This document shows, one piece after another, positions 22,157-35,773 of a DNA stretch of 64,000 bases; the first letter of the stretch is position 1, and each line of letters begins with the position of its first letter. This DNA comes from Vitrella brassicaformis CCMP3155. Lineage: Eukaryota; Protista; Chromerida. The notes beneath the pieces were generated by a model. It was not told where the DNA came from. It ran no database searches and saw only the letters and a list, made by a program, of their open reading frames with translations. Location of the stretch: the NCBI GenBank assembly GCA_001179505.1, contig CDMY01000269.1, positions 1 to 64,000 of the forward strand, in the 5' to 3' direction. The translations under genes were made by a program, and so were the position numbers.

Positions 22157-25100
22157 CCTGATGACGATGCTGGCAGACAGGGGGGAGTGCCTCACCAGCG
22201 ACGGGGAGCAGAAGTGGGAACGGAAGAGGTATTTGAAGAATAACCGAGGAATGACCGAGAATCCCGGGACTCCGTACGCTGTTAACGTAAAACCGTTGGC
22301 GGGCGTTAACGTGAACTGCCTTGCGAGCTTTTGCGAAACGGTGAGCGTTGCGGCTTGCGGGTGCTGGAAAGGCATTGAAAATCGGCCATGAATGCATATC
22401 TGCGTCATGCACGTGTCATTGCCGGCATATGCACTGCTGCTACGATCCGTACGCGTCACTCAAGTCTTGAAAATCCCCCTGTCTGTCTGCCACATGCACG
22501 CCTCTCTCTCTCTCCACCTCTCCGGTAGCCAGGCAGGCGGCTTCCCGCACCACACGCATTTGCAGTGGGAAGCGCCGCGAGTACGTATACACTCATCCAC
22601 ACACACACACACATACACAGAGAGAGTGCCACCACCAGCCGTCCTTGCCACCAAAAAGTCCCCCGCGTCCGTCATCACACTGGAGAAACACCAAGACCAA
22701 CACCTACACCCACAGGTGTGCATCCTTCCCTCTCTCTCTCTCTGTGTGTGTGTGGCTCTCTGCGCGCGTCACTGATCGTGCTGTGCTACGATACGCAGGT
22801 AAAGATTCATCGATCCATTCATTGAGGAGGGATTAAAATGACCATCCACCACATAATGCACCCACAAGATAGATCGGCCAACCAAGCATCAGCACCGCAC
22901 CGTACCTTAAAAGCCTTCACGAAGCGCAGCTCTCACACGTGCAGAGAGGGGGAGGGCAAGGCAGCCAGCCCCTTTAAACCAAACAAGACGCACGCACACA
23001 AGGCTGCCTGCCCGTTTTCCCATCCGTCCACATCTCTCTCTCTGTCTGTCTGTCTGTCTGTCTGTCTGGCATCTACAATCGGGCAACGTACAAAAGATAA
23101 AGACGTGTGGGAGGGAGAGAGCACAGACACACAGACAGGCAGGCAGACAGAGAAACAAACATAAAGCGGGGAGGTACGCATGTCCGTGCAGGAGAGAGAG
23201 TCCGATTAAAAGCAGCTACCAACCAACCATTCTACCATTCTGTAGAGCCCGATCCACCCAACCATCACACATACACACCACACCCCTGCCACCCACACGC
23301 AGAAAAATGCCATCCCACGACGCAGCTAAATACACACATACACACATCTACGTACACGTCCAGCCGTGTCAGCCCGACCCGATGCGTCTGTCCTTTTAGG
23401 CATCCTGACGCACCACTCAGTCAGCCAATGCAGCAGTGCCCCCCCCCCCCNNNNNNNNNNNNNNNNNNNNNNNNNNNNNNNNNNNNNNNNNNNNNNNNNN
23501 NNNNNNNNNNNNNNNNNNNNNNNNNNNNNNNNNNNNNNNNNNNNNNNNNNNNNNNNNNNNNNNNNNNNNNNNNNNNNNNNNNNNNNNNNNNNNNNNNNNN
23601 NNNNNNNNNNNNNNNNNNNNNNNNNNNNNNNNNNNNNNNNNNNNNNNNNNNNNNNNNNNNNNNNNNNNNNNNNNNNNNNNNNNNNNNNNNNNNNNNNNNN
23701 NNNNNNNNNNNNNNNNNNNNNNNNNNNNNNNNNNNNNNNNNNNNNNNNNNCCCCCCCGCCCCCCCTCTCCCATCGGCCCTATGCATTTCGTCTCTCGCTC
23801 ACTCAGGCAAGAGAAAAAGGGCGGCGTGTGCATTGACGGGCCATGGGCAGTGGATAAGTGAGACCCACCGACCCATTGGTCGATCGCTCTGGCCCTCACT
23901 TCAATTTTGATGAAAGCCAGATCAACCAACCGGCAAACCCACAAACACGCCCCCGGCGTGCGCCGCACCAAAGTGCTTCTCTCTCTCTCTGTCTGACTGC
24001 GGGGGAGGAGAGGGGGGGGCCAAGGCTTGCTTGTGGGGATGGACGGGAGGAAAAGATGGGTGTGCTCACTCACTCACTCACTCAGACGAGAGAAACTCAG
24101 ACAGGAGGGCAAGAAAGAAGGAAAGAAAGAATGCGTGTGGGTGTCTGCGTGTGAATTGGGGACAGGCAGAGAGCCTGCTCTACCCTGCCCCGTCCCGCTT
24201 TAAAAATGCGAGCCCATGACGTCTAAACATCTACGCCTCGAACGAAATATATCACAACGCAACACATCACAGCACGACAGACAACCAGACACCCAGCCAG
24301 ACAGACAGACAGACACGGACCCTCCTCCCTCCCCTCCGCTCTAGCCAAAGGTTGTTGGGATGCGCCGGCCGGCCGCCGCACACGCATCCTGCCAATGATT
24401 TCGACAGGAGACGGGCAGCCAGCCAGCCAGTCAGCCAGCCAGCCAGACGTCTGCTCTTTTCCTTCCTTGGTTGGTTGGTTGGTAGCTATGATACACGAGG
24501 CAGGTCGACCGACCCGCCTCTCATGAAATGCTCTCTCTACTCACTCTTTCACACACTCAGAGAGGGAGGGACGGAGGGAGGGAGGGAGAGAGAGAGAGGG
24601 AGGGAGGGAGGAACAGTGAGAGGGGGGCCAATTCAATCTCAATCCATTCCATTCAATCAACCGGTGCCGAAAGCCTTAGTTAGCAGTAGTGTTGGGGTGG
24701 GTGCGAATGCGTGTGGCGTACAGCGTACGGCTGGCTGCCCGGCGTGCCTGTCTGTGTAGGGCACAAAAAGAGAGCAGTCAGTGGTCGGTCAACACACACA
24801 CGCACGCACCCATGCAGAAAGAAAGAACGCCTTCGAAGGCTGGCGAATTCACCTGGCTGCGCGGATGGATTGATGAGCGTGTTCTTAAAAGCCGCCCGCT
24901 CCCTCCCTCCCTCCCTGGCCATGCACACACGCACCCTCCCACCCACACACATGAACGGAGAGATATCCCTTGGTTGGTTCGTCCAATCATTCTGCCCGCC
25001 CTACTGCCTGCGGAAAAACGCCGGCAGCACCCCCGCACGCACGCACACACACAAATGAGTCAACGAGAGAAAGAATGCCCTCCCCTCGCCGATCCGATGT

Positions 25101-26067
25101 CTCTTGCGAGGGCCCTAGCAGCCATCTGTCTATGGTACACGAACAGGCAGACAACACCCACACCCACACCCACCAACACACACACACACACATAGCACAA
25201 ACCTACACCAACACAGACAGACAGACAGATAGACACGCGGAGGTGGGTAGGGTGGGAGACTATGAGTGAGGGGATGCGCACGGCAGTCAAAAATGCGCCG
25301 GCCAATGGGTGGGTGGGTGGATGGGTGGGTGGGCGGATGCAGACAATACATTGAGGGGAAAAGAACGAGTCATGTGCTGGGACCCTGATGCCCTCCATCC
25401 CTCCCTCCCTCCCTCCCCTAGGCAAGACTGCCTGTCTGGTGTGGTGTGGTGTGGTGTGGGTTTGGTTGAAAGAGGGCACAAATATGGACGAATGAATGAA
25501 GGAGGGGAGGCACAGGCGCTATGTATGCCGCAGCTGAGGAGCGATAACCGTCACACGCACACGCACACCGAGAAAGAAGCCATCAGCAGCAGTGCACACG
25601 CATTCAAAAGCGCCGGGGCGTCCATCCATCCATCCATCAGGCCGTAAACCCGGCCCACGACTATCACCATTCACTCACCCACCCACCCACCCCCCGGCCC
25701 TTCAANNNNNNNNNNNNNNNNNNNNNNNNNNNNNNNNNNNNNNNNNNNNNNNNNNNNNNNNNNNNNNNNNNNNNNNNNNNNNNNNNNNNNNNNNNNNNNN
25801 NNNNNNNNNNNNNNNNNNNNNNNNNNNNNNNNNNNNNNNNNNNNNNNNNNNNNNNNNNNNNNNNNNNNNNNNNNNNNNNNNNNNNNNNNNNNNNNNNNNN
25901 NNNNNNNNNNNNNNNNNNNNNNNNNNNNNNNNNNNNNNNNNNNNNNNNNNNNNNNNNNNNNNNNNNNNNNNNNNNNNNNNNNNNNNNNNNNNNNNNNNNN
26001 NNNNNCCCCCCCCGCATGCACACACACGAGCAAACAAGCACGGATGGCTTTAAAACACCACCACCAC

Positions 26068-28663
26068 TCACAGGTCCCTTATCGGCTCCCACGGCGGCGA
26101 GGCGCCCCCTCCCCCGCCAAGGCCCCCAACACGCCCACCGGCCCCAATCCCATGGACACCATGTACGCGTGGGCTGCGGAACATCGTCACGCTGCCCTCG
26201 TCCTCGAAAGGCGTCAAAGGCGGGTGCAGCTCCAGCTCGAGATCGTCCGCGTCGAACGCACTCGACCCGTAATGATGCGCCCATCCCGCCTCGTCCGTGC
26301 CGTCGTGTGGCGACCTCTGCCTCTCCTGGCCTGGGTGTGCGTGTGGGGCGGGCCCGATCGGCCCCCACTTGGCGGTGTTCGCGTCGAGTGGGTAGGGGAG
26401 TAGGGGGGAGAGGGGGGCGGGGAGCCGGCCGCCGGGCTTCTGGGATGGAGTGCCGCCCCAGATGGAGGGGCTGTGGGGCGACGTGAGCGTGCTATAGGGA
26501 GGGGGCGGGATCGTGCCTGGCAGGGCAAGAGAGTACACCACACACAGGAGGGAGGGAGGGAGGGAGAGACAGAGTGAGTGGCCGATGAGTGAATGCACGG
26601 ACAGAGGGACGCTCTTGTCTTACTTGTGTCGCCAGATCCATGTCTGGACAAGAAGTCGGTGAGGCTGCTGCCGTTACCAGGGTTGGACGTGTTGCTCGAC
26701 ATCGACCCCAGGAGCGACTCGCAGGTGCTCGAGCCGTTGTTGGCGTTGGGGAACGACTTGGGCGGGAAGACCTTACCCCCACACGACGCAGCCATGTCCT
26801 CCAGCTGCTCGTGGCCGCCGAGGGAGCCCTTTGACGACGCCCCGGCGACCCCGTCACCGCTCACACCCCGCAGTCGCCTCAGCTCGTCTTCACTCACGCT
26901 CTTGTTGCCGTCGCTCTCCCTCCCGTCCCCATCAGCAAGGCCGTTGTTGTTGAAGGAGGCGAGATCCAGGTCAGGCCCCCTCAGGTGCCCGAGGGCCTTT
27001 GCCATGGTGCTGCTCAGGCCCATGGCTGGCCGCTTGCCGAACGACCCACATGCAGCCGCTCCCAGCTGCTGCAGCTGACCGAGGTCGCTATACCGGTCGG
27101 TGGCTGCACGCGCCTCCTCAACTGTCTGCTCGAAGAATGAGTACCGGCCGTTCGGTGCCGGCTGGTCTCCGGTGCTGCTGCGGCCGCCCCTGTCGCCCCT
27201 GTCGCCCCTCTCTTGAAAGAGCCCCTCCTCGTTGAGTGTGGGCATGGACGGCGCACCACCGGCACCACCGACGTAGGCGTGTGGGTGGTGGCTCAGCTGG
27301 CTCGCCACGGCGGCGTCCACCGACGGTAGCCGAGTGGACGGGGGCGACATGGGGCTGCTGGCCTTGCTGGCCGGTGCGCGGGGGGGCGTGCACGTGCCGC
27401 CCGAGCCGTCCACCAGCTTCAGCACATCCGCCGACATCGAAACAGCGGATGGAGGAGGAGTGGGGTCCTGGTGTGCTGCCAGGGCTGGGGGCGGGGGGGA
27501 GGGCGATGGGCCCATTCCCAGCCCCACCATCCCGATTGCCATCCTCTCGTGGGCTGCCGACTGCTGCTGCTGCTGCTGGTGCTGGTGCACGCTGTGGTAC
27601 GGCAGCGCATCTGGGTTGAGAGAGGGGGTGGTGGTGGTGGAGTGCCTCTCCCTCCGCCCCGGAGAGCTGCCGGCGAAGGTGTGCCCGTGCATCGGGGGGC
27701 TGAGCTCGTAGGGGGGCGATGGCGATGGGGACGGCTGCTGGAAGGTCCTGGTCGCTGGGGGGAGGGGTGGGGGCGTGTGGATGGCGGTGGGGGGGCTGTG
27801 CTGCGAGAGGTCGTAGTAGGATGGGGTCAGCTGCTGCAGGTCCTCCTCGCGTAGCTGGCCCGACTGCACCATGTCCGCCAGCCTATAGGAGACGACAGAC
27901 AGACAGACAGACAGACAGAAATGGGTTTGCGTATGTGCTGGTGGGGTGAGTGGCGCGAGTGCCCCACGTACTTGATGGTCCGGAGCTCCTCAACCCCGTG
28001 GGCATACCGGCACCTCTCGCCGGCATTGCACATGCCTACACATACACACACGCACACGCACATAAACATCAGCACGACCCGACTCACACGCTGTGTGGAG
28101 GTGAGTGAGCTCACCTTTCTGCCAGAGGAAGCAAAGGGAAGTCTTGTAGCAGGCGGCGGGCGACTTGAGCTCCTGGTGGCCGTGGGCAAACTTGCACGAG
28201 GGGTCGTTGCACCGGCCCTTCGCCCACAAACCGCAGATCTTGGTCTGACGGAGCCAACCAACCAGCCACACAGAGAGTGAGACAGAGAGGGATGGGTGAG
28301 GGCCGTGTTGCGTGTGTGCCCACCCTTGACAGATCTGGGGGAGCCCGCAGCTCCTGCGCACACACACACACACACACACGCATACATACTCGTGCATTGG
28401 TGTGTCAGAGAGTGAGCTCACCACAGCGTTGTGTGCGAAGGTGCAGTTCTCGCCCCTCAGGCAGCGACTCTCCAGGTGAAACCGACATAGCTTCTGCACA
28501 CACACACAGACAGGCAGGCACCGGTGGGTGCATGAGTGTCTTTCTCCTCCTGAGTGTGTGTGTGTGCCGTACTTACCGTCTTATAGCATTGCATGGCTGT
28601 GGTCTTATTGCATTCCTGCTGCTGCTGCTGTTGCTGCTGCTGCTGGAGTACGTCAGAGTTCAT
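26068..28663 (-). CDS. Triple CCCH zinc-finger RNA-binding protein (TTP/Tis11-like) with long low-complexity C-terminus
   Basis: Spliced fingers YKTKLCRFHLESRCLRGENCTFAH, KTKICGLWAKGRCNDPSCKFAH and YKTSLCFLWQKGMCNAGERCRYAH, with ELR/ELK linkers; poly-Q N-terminus; Pro/Ser-rich tail. Confidence 0.9.
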
Positions 28664-29277
28664 AGGAGACTGACCACGAGAGTGTGCCCAGTTCGGAAGG
28701 ACCCCTCGGGCATCTTATTAGGCAGGGGTAGGGTGGCGACCGTACCCCAACACTGCTCACTCCCAAAGCTGCACCAGCAAGAGCAGCAGCAGCACACACA
28801 CACACACACACACACACGCACTGCTGAGCACACACAGGCAAGCCAGACAGCCCGGCCCTCCCTCCCTCCCTCCCTCCCTGTCACCTGTCAGCGTCCCTGG
28901 CAGCGTGTGATGGTGGTTGTGTGTGCGGCTCAGCGACCGACGCCCGCGAAGCCTGAGGCTTCAGTCTCCACTGCAGGCAGCCCTTGTTGATATCTTTTGT
29001 GCGGGAGGAAGATGCAGGCAGGCAGTCACTGTGCTGGCGACTCTCTCTTTCTCTGCCAACGCGGCACAGGGTGGGTGCAGGGTTAGTGGAAGGGAGAAAG
29101 GGGGAAGCAGAGAATCAGAGGCGGAGGGGTCAAGCAGTGGTTTCAAGATTTGCGAGCTTGGGTGAGCACTGATGATGACGGGCGGTGGGTGATTTGAAAG
29201 GGTAGCTTCCGCCCCTGAGGAGGATCTATACGTACATAACACCGGCCAGCTTCGGTGGCCTTTTGTAAGATCCGGCC

Positions 29278-31331
29278 ATGTCGACGTCGACCCGCGGGCG
29301 TCGGCTGGAGGAGGTGCTGGCGCAGCGTCGGCAGATCGTCGACACCCTCTCAGCCCACTACGAGAGCCAGCCCAAGGAGCGCGTGGCGGACTACTCTTAC
29401 GAACCCGAGGAGCCCGACGGTCAGTCAGCAGCGTCGACCAGACCCAGCAACTGCTGCTGATCTACCCACCTCACTCACTCTCTCTGTGCGTTGTATTGTG
29501 TCTGGCTGGCGTGTGCAGATGACGACATCGATGACATCAGGGTGCGGCCCCACGTGGAGGGGTACGAGAGCCTGGTGCTGCGCAACAGGGCCGACAGCCC
29601 CGGCTCCTCCAAGAGCAAGCGCACCGACGACTGCCGCGACCGCAGCGCCTCCGAGTTCACCCCCCGCGCAAAGCTCAAAGCCGCCTCGGAGTATGCGGCA
29701 AATGACAGCCCGGTCCATGATGGTACGCACGCACACTCTCAATCCGACTCACAAAAGGCGGTCACTCTCTCTCTGGGTGTCCTTGTGTGTGTGTGTGTGT
29801 GGTGCAGACTTGGCTGTGGGTCGTGAGGGCCCCGGTGCGCTGTGCATCAACTTCAGCCAACCGACGTCCCTCCTCGGTGCCCACCTGGCGGCGACGCGCC
29901 ACCTGCTGCTGCCCAGGCGGTCGCTCGATGACATGTCAAACCACCCCTCCCCGCCCACAGCGTCCATCCGGCGCAGGTCGGTCTCGGCAGACGCCCTCGT
30001 CTACCACGCCAAGATCGTGGCCCATCTGGGCGGGAACCCTAGGCGGACACACCCTGACGACATCGAGATACACGACGGTGAGCCAGCTTCAGCTCAGGCA
30101 GCAAGCGGAGAAACCATGCATGGATGGATGGATGGATGGCGGGTCATTTTGCGTTTTCTTCTTCTGTCTGTGTGATCGGCCCTGCAGAGAACCAGCTGGC
30201 GGCCCTAGCGCAGCAGCTATTCCTGGACGAGTGCACCAGGGCTCAGAGGGACCCAGACCTGCAGGCGGACCTCCGGAAGGCGCAGACACGCGCGTCGCTC
30301 TACTGGGACACCCGCTCCAAGACCTTCCTCCTCCACTGGGAGCGGCTGCCAGCGGTGCCCTCTGGGGCGGCACGTGCCAGCGAATACCCACAGAGGGGGA
30401 CTGAGCTCTTCTCGCCATCCGAGTACTCAAGGAGGGGCCTCCAGCGGGCCCTTGCGTCCATCAAGGGCGCGTGGGGCAACCTGCCCTTCACCCTGCAGGA
30501 CGCCGCCACCTCGCAGCCACACTCACAGCAGGACCAGCAGCAGCAGCAGGGAGGAGGGGAGAGTGAGAGTGCGAGTGCTTCTGCCGCTGATCGCGGCGGC
30601 GCGGCTGCTGGCGGTACTAGTGTGGGTGTGGGCGTGGGTATGGGTATGGGGAGGCTGCTGGAGGGCAGTGTGTTCCCTGCAGCAGCAGCTGGTGGTGGTG
30701 CTGGTGGTGCGGTGGATGACCCCTCGCCCGTGGGCGTGTCTGACCCAGAGAGGGGCCCGCCGGCGCTGTCTCGGGTGCTGGCACGGATGGAGGCCGACCT
30801 CGACGCACGGGGGTCCCTGGTGCTCAACAGCATCGACATGCTAGAACACAAGAAAGGTCAGCACAGCACAGCACAGCATAGCGCAGCACCAGCCGTCCAC
30901 ACAGCAGTCGACGGCCACCCACTCTCTCCCTCCCTCCCTCCCTCCCTCTGTGTGTGTGTGTGTGTGACGATCATCAATCAGGATGGATTGCCAGCCATCC
31001 GAGCGGTGCAGACGGCATCGATCTCTCGGGGCTCCTCCCAAGCGCCAGGAGAGGCACCATCGTCTCAGGTGACTCACCCAGGGGCGGCGCGCGTGTCAGG
31101 TCGACCCCTGCCGGCCAGCAGACGGCCAGGCCACCACCCAAGCAGAAGCGCCGCCGTCGCGACCCCGGGTGTTTTGACTTCTGCACGTGGGGGCTGCTGG
31201 ACTGCTGTGGGTGTGGCATTAGCAGCGTCTGCGGGCTGGACGACGCCATCGACGAGTACATTGCCTCTGATGAGACGGACGAGGGGGCGTCGGACGATGT
31301 GCTAACGGTGCCGACTGACCCCGTCTGCTGA
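29278..31331 (+). CDS. Hypothetical protein, about 5 exons, with a Cys cluster near the C-terminus
   Basis: GC3-rich exons joined by GT-AG introns (MSTSTRGRRLEEVLAQRR..., ENQLAALAQQLFLDEC..., ...GCFDFCTWGLLDCCGCGISSVCG...DPVC*). TGCGAGCTT lies 119 bp upstream. No family recognised. Confidence 0.7.
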
Positions 31332-33558
31332 GTGGTAGCTGCTGGCGTGTCGTTGTGTTGTGTGGTGTGGTGTGGTGTGGTGTGATGTGGCATGGCGTGT
31401 GTATAGGGGCGCGGGGTAAGGTTTGGCGTGTGTGCTGCATTGATGCATAGGCGAACTTTTTATTTACTTGTGATGTGTTAGTCGGTGCTGTTCATTTTCT
31501 CTGTATAGGGGCCAATTTTCTATATATATATATATCTCTCTCTCTGCCTGCTCACTGACCCACTCACTCAGTAGCTCCTCCCCCACCTGTCACCTCTCAG
31601 CTCTCAGCTCTTTGTCGCCTCTCCCTTGTCTGTCTGTCTGTCTGTCTGTCTGTGACGTCCGTCCACTCACAGGTCACCCACTCACTTAGTTTGCTGTTGT
31701 GTGTGTTGATTATGAAGCTGCTAATAGGGTAGGTGGTATACCGATGGCCGGTGGACGGCATTCTCTTCTCTCTCTTGATGTGATGGCCAGCCAGCTGTCT
31801 GTCTGTCATGATGCAGTCAGTGTGTGCTCATCCCTTCGTCGTTGTGCTGATCTTAGTGGAGACACTCACCCGGAGGAGCTGCTGGGCGTGTCTGTTCGGC
31901 GGGCCAACATCAGCACACGGAGGAGTGAGTCCTACACACGCGATGCACGCCAGCCACTGTGTGTGGATGGGATGACCTTCACTGAAGGGCCGTGAAGGTT
32001 AGTTAGGTTGCCATGCCAGCTGCTGACGTACGTTGCCATGCGATGCTTAGGATGTGACCTACCATACCTGTCTGCTTCAAGGAGATTTTTGCTCGCTTCG
32101 GGGGNNNNNNNNNNNNNNNNNNNNNNNNNNNNNNNNNNNNNNNNNNNNNNNNNNNNNNNNNNNNNNNNNNNNNNNNNNNNNNNNNNNNNNNNNNNNNNNN
32201 NNNNNNNNNNNNNNNNNNNNNNNNNNNNNNNNNNNNNNNNNNNNNNNNNNNNNNNNNNNNNNNNNNNNNNNNNNNNNNNNNNNNNNNNNNNNNNNNNNNN
32301 NNNNNNNNNNNNNNNNNNNNNNNNNNNNNNNNNNNNNNNNNNNNNNNNNNNNNNNNNNNNNNNNNNNNNNNNNNNNNNNNNNNNNNNNNNNNNNNNNNNN
32401 NNNNGGGGGGGGGGGGGGGGGGGAGGGGATGCTTCGTGTGCGTGTGTGTGTGTGTGCGTGGATGGCTATTTATATTCGTGTGAGAGTGATGCATGAATCG
32501 AATCCCTGGCTGACAGTCATGCCTACACACATGCGCACACGGGGCATGTGGGGTATTTTCTCCCTCTTGCACACCTGCAGACAGACAGACAGACACCTCT
32601 CTCTCTCTCTCTCTCTCGTGGTGGGCCGATCGGTCTTTGTCAAGCTGCGAGTGCTGGCTGCACGGATGATGGTTTGACGGGACGGACATACTACCTGCCT
32701 TGGTGCTGCACGTTGCGTGTGTGCGTGTGGTTTGATTCATCCAGTATGCATGCATCACTTCAACCAATTTAGACTTAACGTCCACAACTCGAACATCCGA
32801 ATCCCCCCCCACACGTACGCTTGAATTGCACAAACACACATTGGTCTCGTGTGTCTGTCTGCACACGTCGATGGCTGGCCAATGCATCAGTCAGATCAAG
32901 CCATCCCCCCNNNNNNNNNNNNNNNNNNNNNNNNNNNNNNNNNNNNNNNNNNNNNNNNNNNNNNNNNNNNNNNNNNNNNNNNNNNNNNNNNNNNNNNNNN
33001 NNNNNNNNNNNNNNNNNNNNNNNNNNNNNNNNNNNNNNNNNNNNNNNNNNNNNNNNNNNNNNNNNNNNNNNNNNNNNNNNNNNNNNNNNNNNNNNNNNNN
33101 NNNNNNNNNNNNNNNNNNNNNNNNNNNNNNNNNNNNNNNNNNNNNNNNNNNNNNNNNNNNNNNNNNNNNNNNNNNNNNNNNNNNNNNNNNNNNNNNNNNN
33201 NNNNNNNNNNCCCCCACACACACACGCACATCCACACACACAGACACCGCCGTGTAGACCCGTTTCAAAAAGACTGTGTATACTGTGACAAAAAAGCACT
33301 CGTTGGTTACTCCTGCCTGTCGGCCACTAAATGAACGTGCCGCACACGGCCTGTGCTGTGTCTCTGATAGTGTCCTCTGCTCGGTGTCAAGAGTCTTGCC
33401 GATCGGTGAGGAGCCAGCGGGCAATCACAGGTCGATTCCCTTGTCTGCAGGGACCAGCCTGCGATTCACCCCGAGTTCGTCACGGAACGGCAAGACTGAC
33501 TGAGGAGACCAGAGAGATCCGCCACAAGTCATGGCACAAGACACATTAGATCTTCACA

Positions 33559-34523
33559 TCACGACCCCCCCGACCCCCCGGACCCCCCTCCGTCACTGCA
33601 TCCAGCAGCATCAATGGCATTGTGCATTCCCAGCCCATCACCCGCCCCGCCCTTCCCCCTCCCCCGGCCACCACCCTGCACCTCCGCCTCAGCCCAGCTC
33701 CTCTTGCACCTCTTGTAGCCCACAAAGCCGCACATGCCAAGCAGAAAGCCGACGACCAGGCCGAGTGCGAGGAAGATGTAATGGAAGCCGGAGGAGTACC
33801 AGCTCATGAGTTGGATCTCGGGGGGCGGGGTGTCCAGGAGGTTCTCGCCCGTGACCTTCTTAATCACCTGCCGACACAGCATCCGCGACACCATCCGCTT
33901 TATCTCGCCCTGCACCCATCAAACACACATACACACGGAGAGAGATATATGGGATGGTCACGGTGACTCACCTCGCGAGTTTCGGTGCCTGCGGCGGTGA
34001 GCGCCCCCAGCAGCCAGTCGGCAGAGGTCAGCTCCATCTCATATTCCATCCTGTCAAAATCGCACGTCACATTCTCGTCAGGCCCAAAGTCGATGGCATA
34101 CGCCCCGGTGGCGACCGCCTCGCCCTCCCCCGCGTCCACGAAATACGACTTGCGGATGTCGAAGTGGAACCGGGTCTTGGCGTAGAGGTCATCCCCTGCC
34201 ACCCGGATCTCGTTAGCTGATGCAGGGCCAACGGTCATGGTGAAGTTGCCGACATCGAGCTCGAGAATGACCGTGTTGGTGAGGGCGCCCAGGTCGTCAA
34301 GGACGACGGGGTCCCGCTCCTCCTTGAGGATACCGTTGGTCACCAGCTGCACCAGGGAGGGAGAGGACGAGATCTCGCATGAGGCCTCGGTTGATGACTG
34401 CAGGCCGCGATGCCGCGCGAGATAACTGCCGAGAAGAGACGACCAGCCTGGTGCAGCTTGCGAGGCGACGAAGGGCGGGACGAAGGGCGGAATGAAGGAG
34501 AGCAGCAAGGCGGAGATCTGCAT
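33559..34523 (-). CDS. Hypothetical type I membrane protein, 2 exons
   Basis: Hydrophobic N-terminus MQISALLLSFIPPFV, beta-rich lumenal region, phase-0 intron after ...GTETRE, TM helix YIFLALGLVVGFLLGMCGFVGY followed by basic KRCKR. Confidence 0.7.
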
Positions 34524-34647
34524 CTTTGACGTCAGCACACGACAAGCCGCTGTAGCCAGACCCTATCCTCAACCACACTTCAGCGACGAACCTCTTTCCA
34601 CTCAGCAGCAGCGGGTTCATGGAGCACCCTAGACTCTCCATATTTCC

Positions 34648-34656
34648 AAGCTCGCA
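34648..34656 (-). promoter_or_regulatory. TGCGAGCTT motif (reverse strand) in the 173-bp divergent promoter between the membrane-protein gene and RPL17
   Basis: AAGCTCGCA on the plus strand, 41 bp before the RPL17 ATG. Confidence 0.55.
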
Positions 34657-34696
34657 CACGCTGCGGAAAGAGAGGGGAAGGGGAAGAGGCGGCACG

Positions 34697-35773
34697 ATGG
34701 TCAAGTATAGCAGGGAACCCACCAACCCGAGCAAAGGTACGGGAAGCGGACACGAGATGCAGATCTGGCGGTGGCCACATCTGGGGTGGGTTGCGCGCGT
34801 GTTGTGTTTGTGTTGCAGCTGCCAAGGGGAAGGGTGTGGACCTGCGCGTGCACTTCAAGGTGGGAGGGGAGGCGGCGGGGGAGGCGGGGAGGGGGGGACG
34901 TCACACATCGAGTGTGCCTGAGGGGAGCGAGGACAGACAGACAGCGCGAACAGACAAAGCGTTGTGTCATTCTGTGGGTGTTGCGTTCGTTGTGTGCGTG
35001 TGCGTCAATCAGAACACCTATGAGGTTGCGCAGGCCATCAAGAAGATGCCTCTCAAGAAGGCCCAGAAGTACCTCGAGGACGTCATCGAACACAAACAGG
35101 CCATACCTTTCAGAGTCTTCAACGGTACGCAGCCAAACACACACACATACCCTCCCTCCCTCCCTCCCTCCCTCCCACACACATCCAGGCAGACATATCT
35201 GTGTGTGTGTGTGTGTGCTGTGTGCAGGCTGCGCCGGCCGCACGCCGCAGGTCAAGACGTTCAAGCACACGCAGGGCCGATGGCCGCAGAAGTCGTGCCG
35301 CATCATTCTCGACCTGCTGCGCAACGCCGAGTCAAACGCTGAGGTACACGCACTCCCGGCCAACCACACACACGATGGGAGGCAGGCACACATGTGAGTC
35401 GCGCGGTGCGGTTCGTTGCAGTTGAAGAATTTGGACATCGACAACTTGGAGATCAAGCACATTTTGGTCCAGCGTGCGCAGAAGGGCAGACGGAGGACCT
35501 ACAGGGCCCACGGACGCATCAACCGTAATGACCACACACACACTGAAACCCCTCCTCCGACACATGGACACGCCAGGATGGATGTGTGTGTGTGTGATGT
35601 GTGTGTGTGCAGCCTACATGAGCAGCCCTTGCCACGTGGAGGTGATACTGGAGGAGCGGGAGGAGCCCACGAGCCGTGCCGACGACATCGGCACCGGCGG
35701 CAAGCGGTCCGTCAAACTCAGCGCCAAACAGCAGGCCAAACGACGGCTCAGGGAGGGAGGCGGAGATGACTGA
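34697..35773 (+). CDS. RPL17: 60S ribosomal protein L17 (uL22), multi-exon
   Basis: MVKYSREP...[28 protein letters not shown]...QGRWPQKS...[10 protein letters not shown]...[32 protein letters not shown]. Confidence 0.98.

Larger units (their letters stand above)
17950..22330 (-). repeat. Tandem segmental duplication (copy A about 17950-19970, copy B about 20120-22330) covering gene, introns and 3' flank
   Basis: Near-identical exons, matching intron positions, shared 3' flank blocks (e.g. 18315-18383 versus 20491-20559) and the promoter motif at the same offset. Confidence 0.85.

Noticed and set aside
22400-26000. Hidden coding gene in the long tract between paralogue B and the CCCH gene
   Set aside because: ORFs are microsatellite translations with no GC3-biased exon. 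Two gaps prevent full exclusion.
29172-29218. Box C/D snoRNA candidate (ATGATGA...CTGA with an internal GGGCGG/CCGCCC stem)
   Set aside because: Only about 47 nt, with no terminal stem or evident rRNA guide, and located within a divergent promoter.
34740-35612. Intronic snoRNAs in RPL17, as in vertebrates
   Set aside because: The introns are short and repeat-filled, and no box C/D or H/ACA pairs were found.
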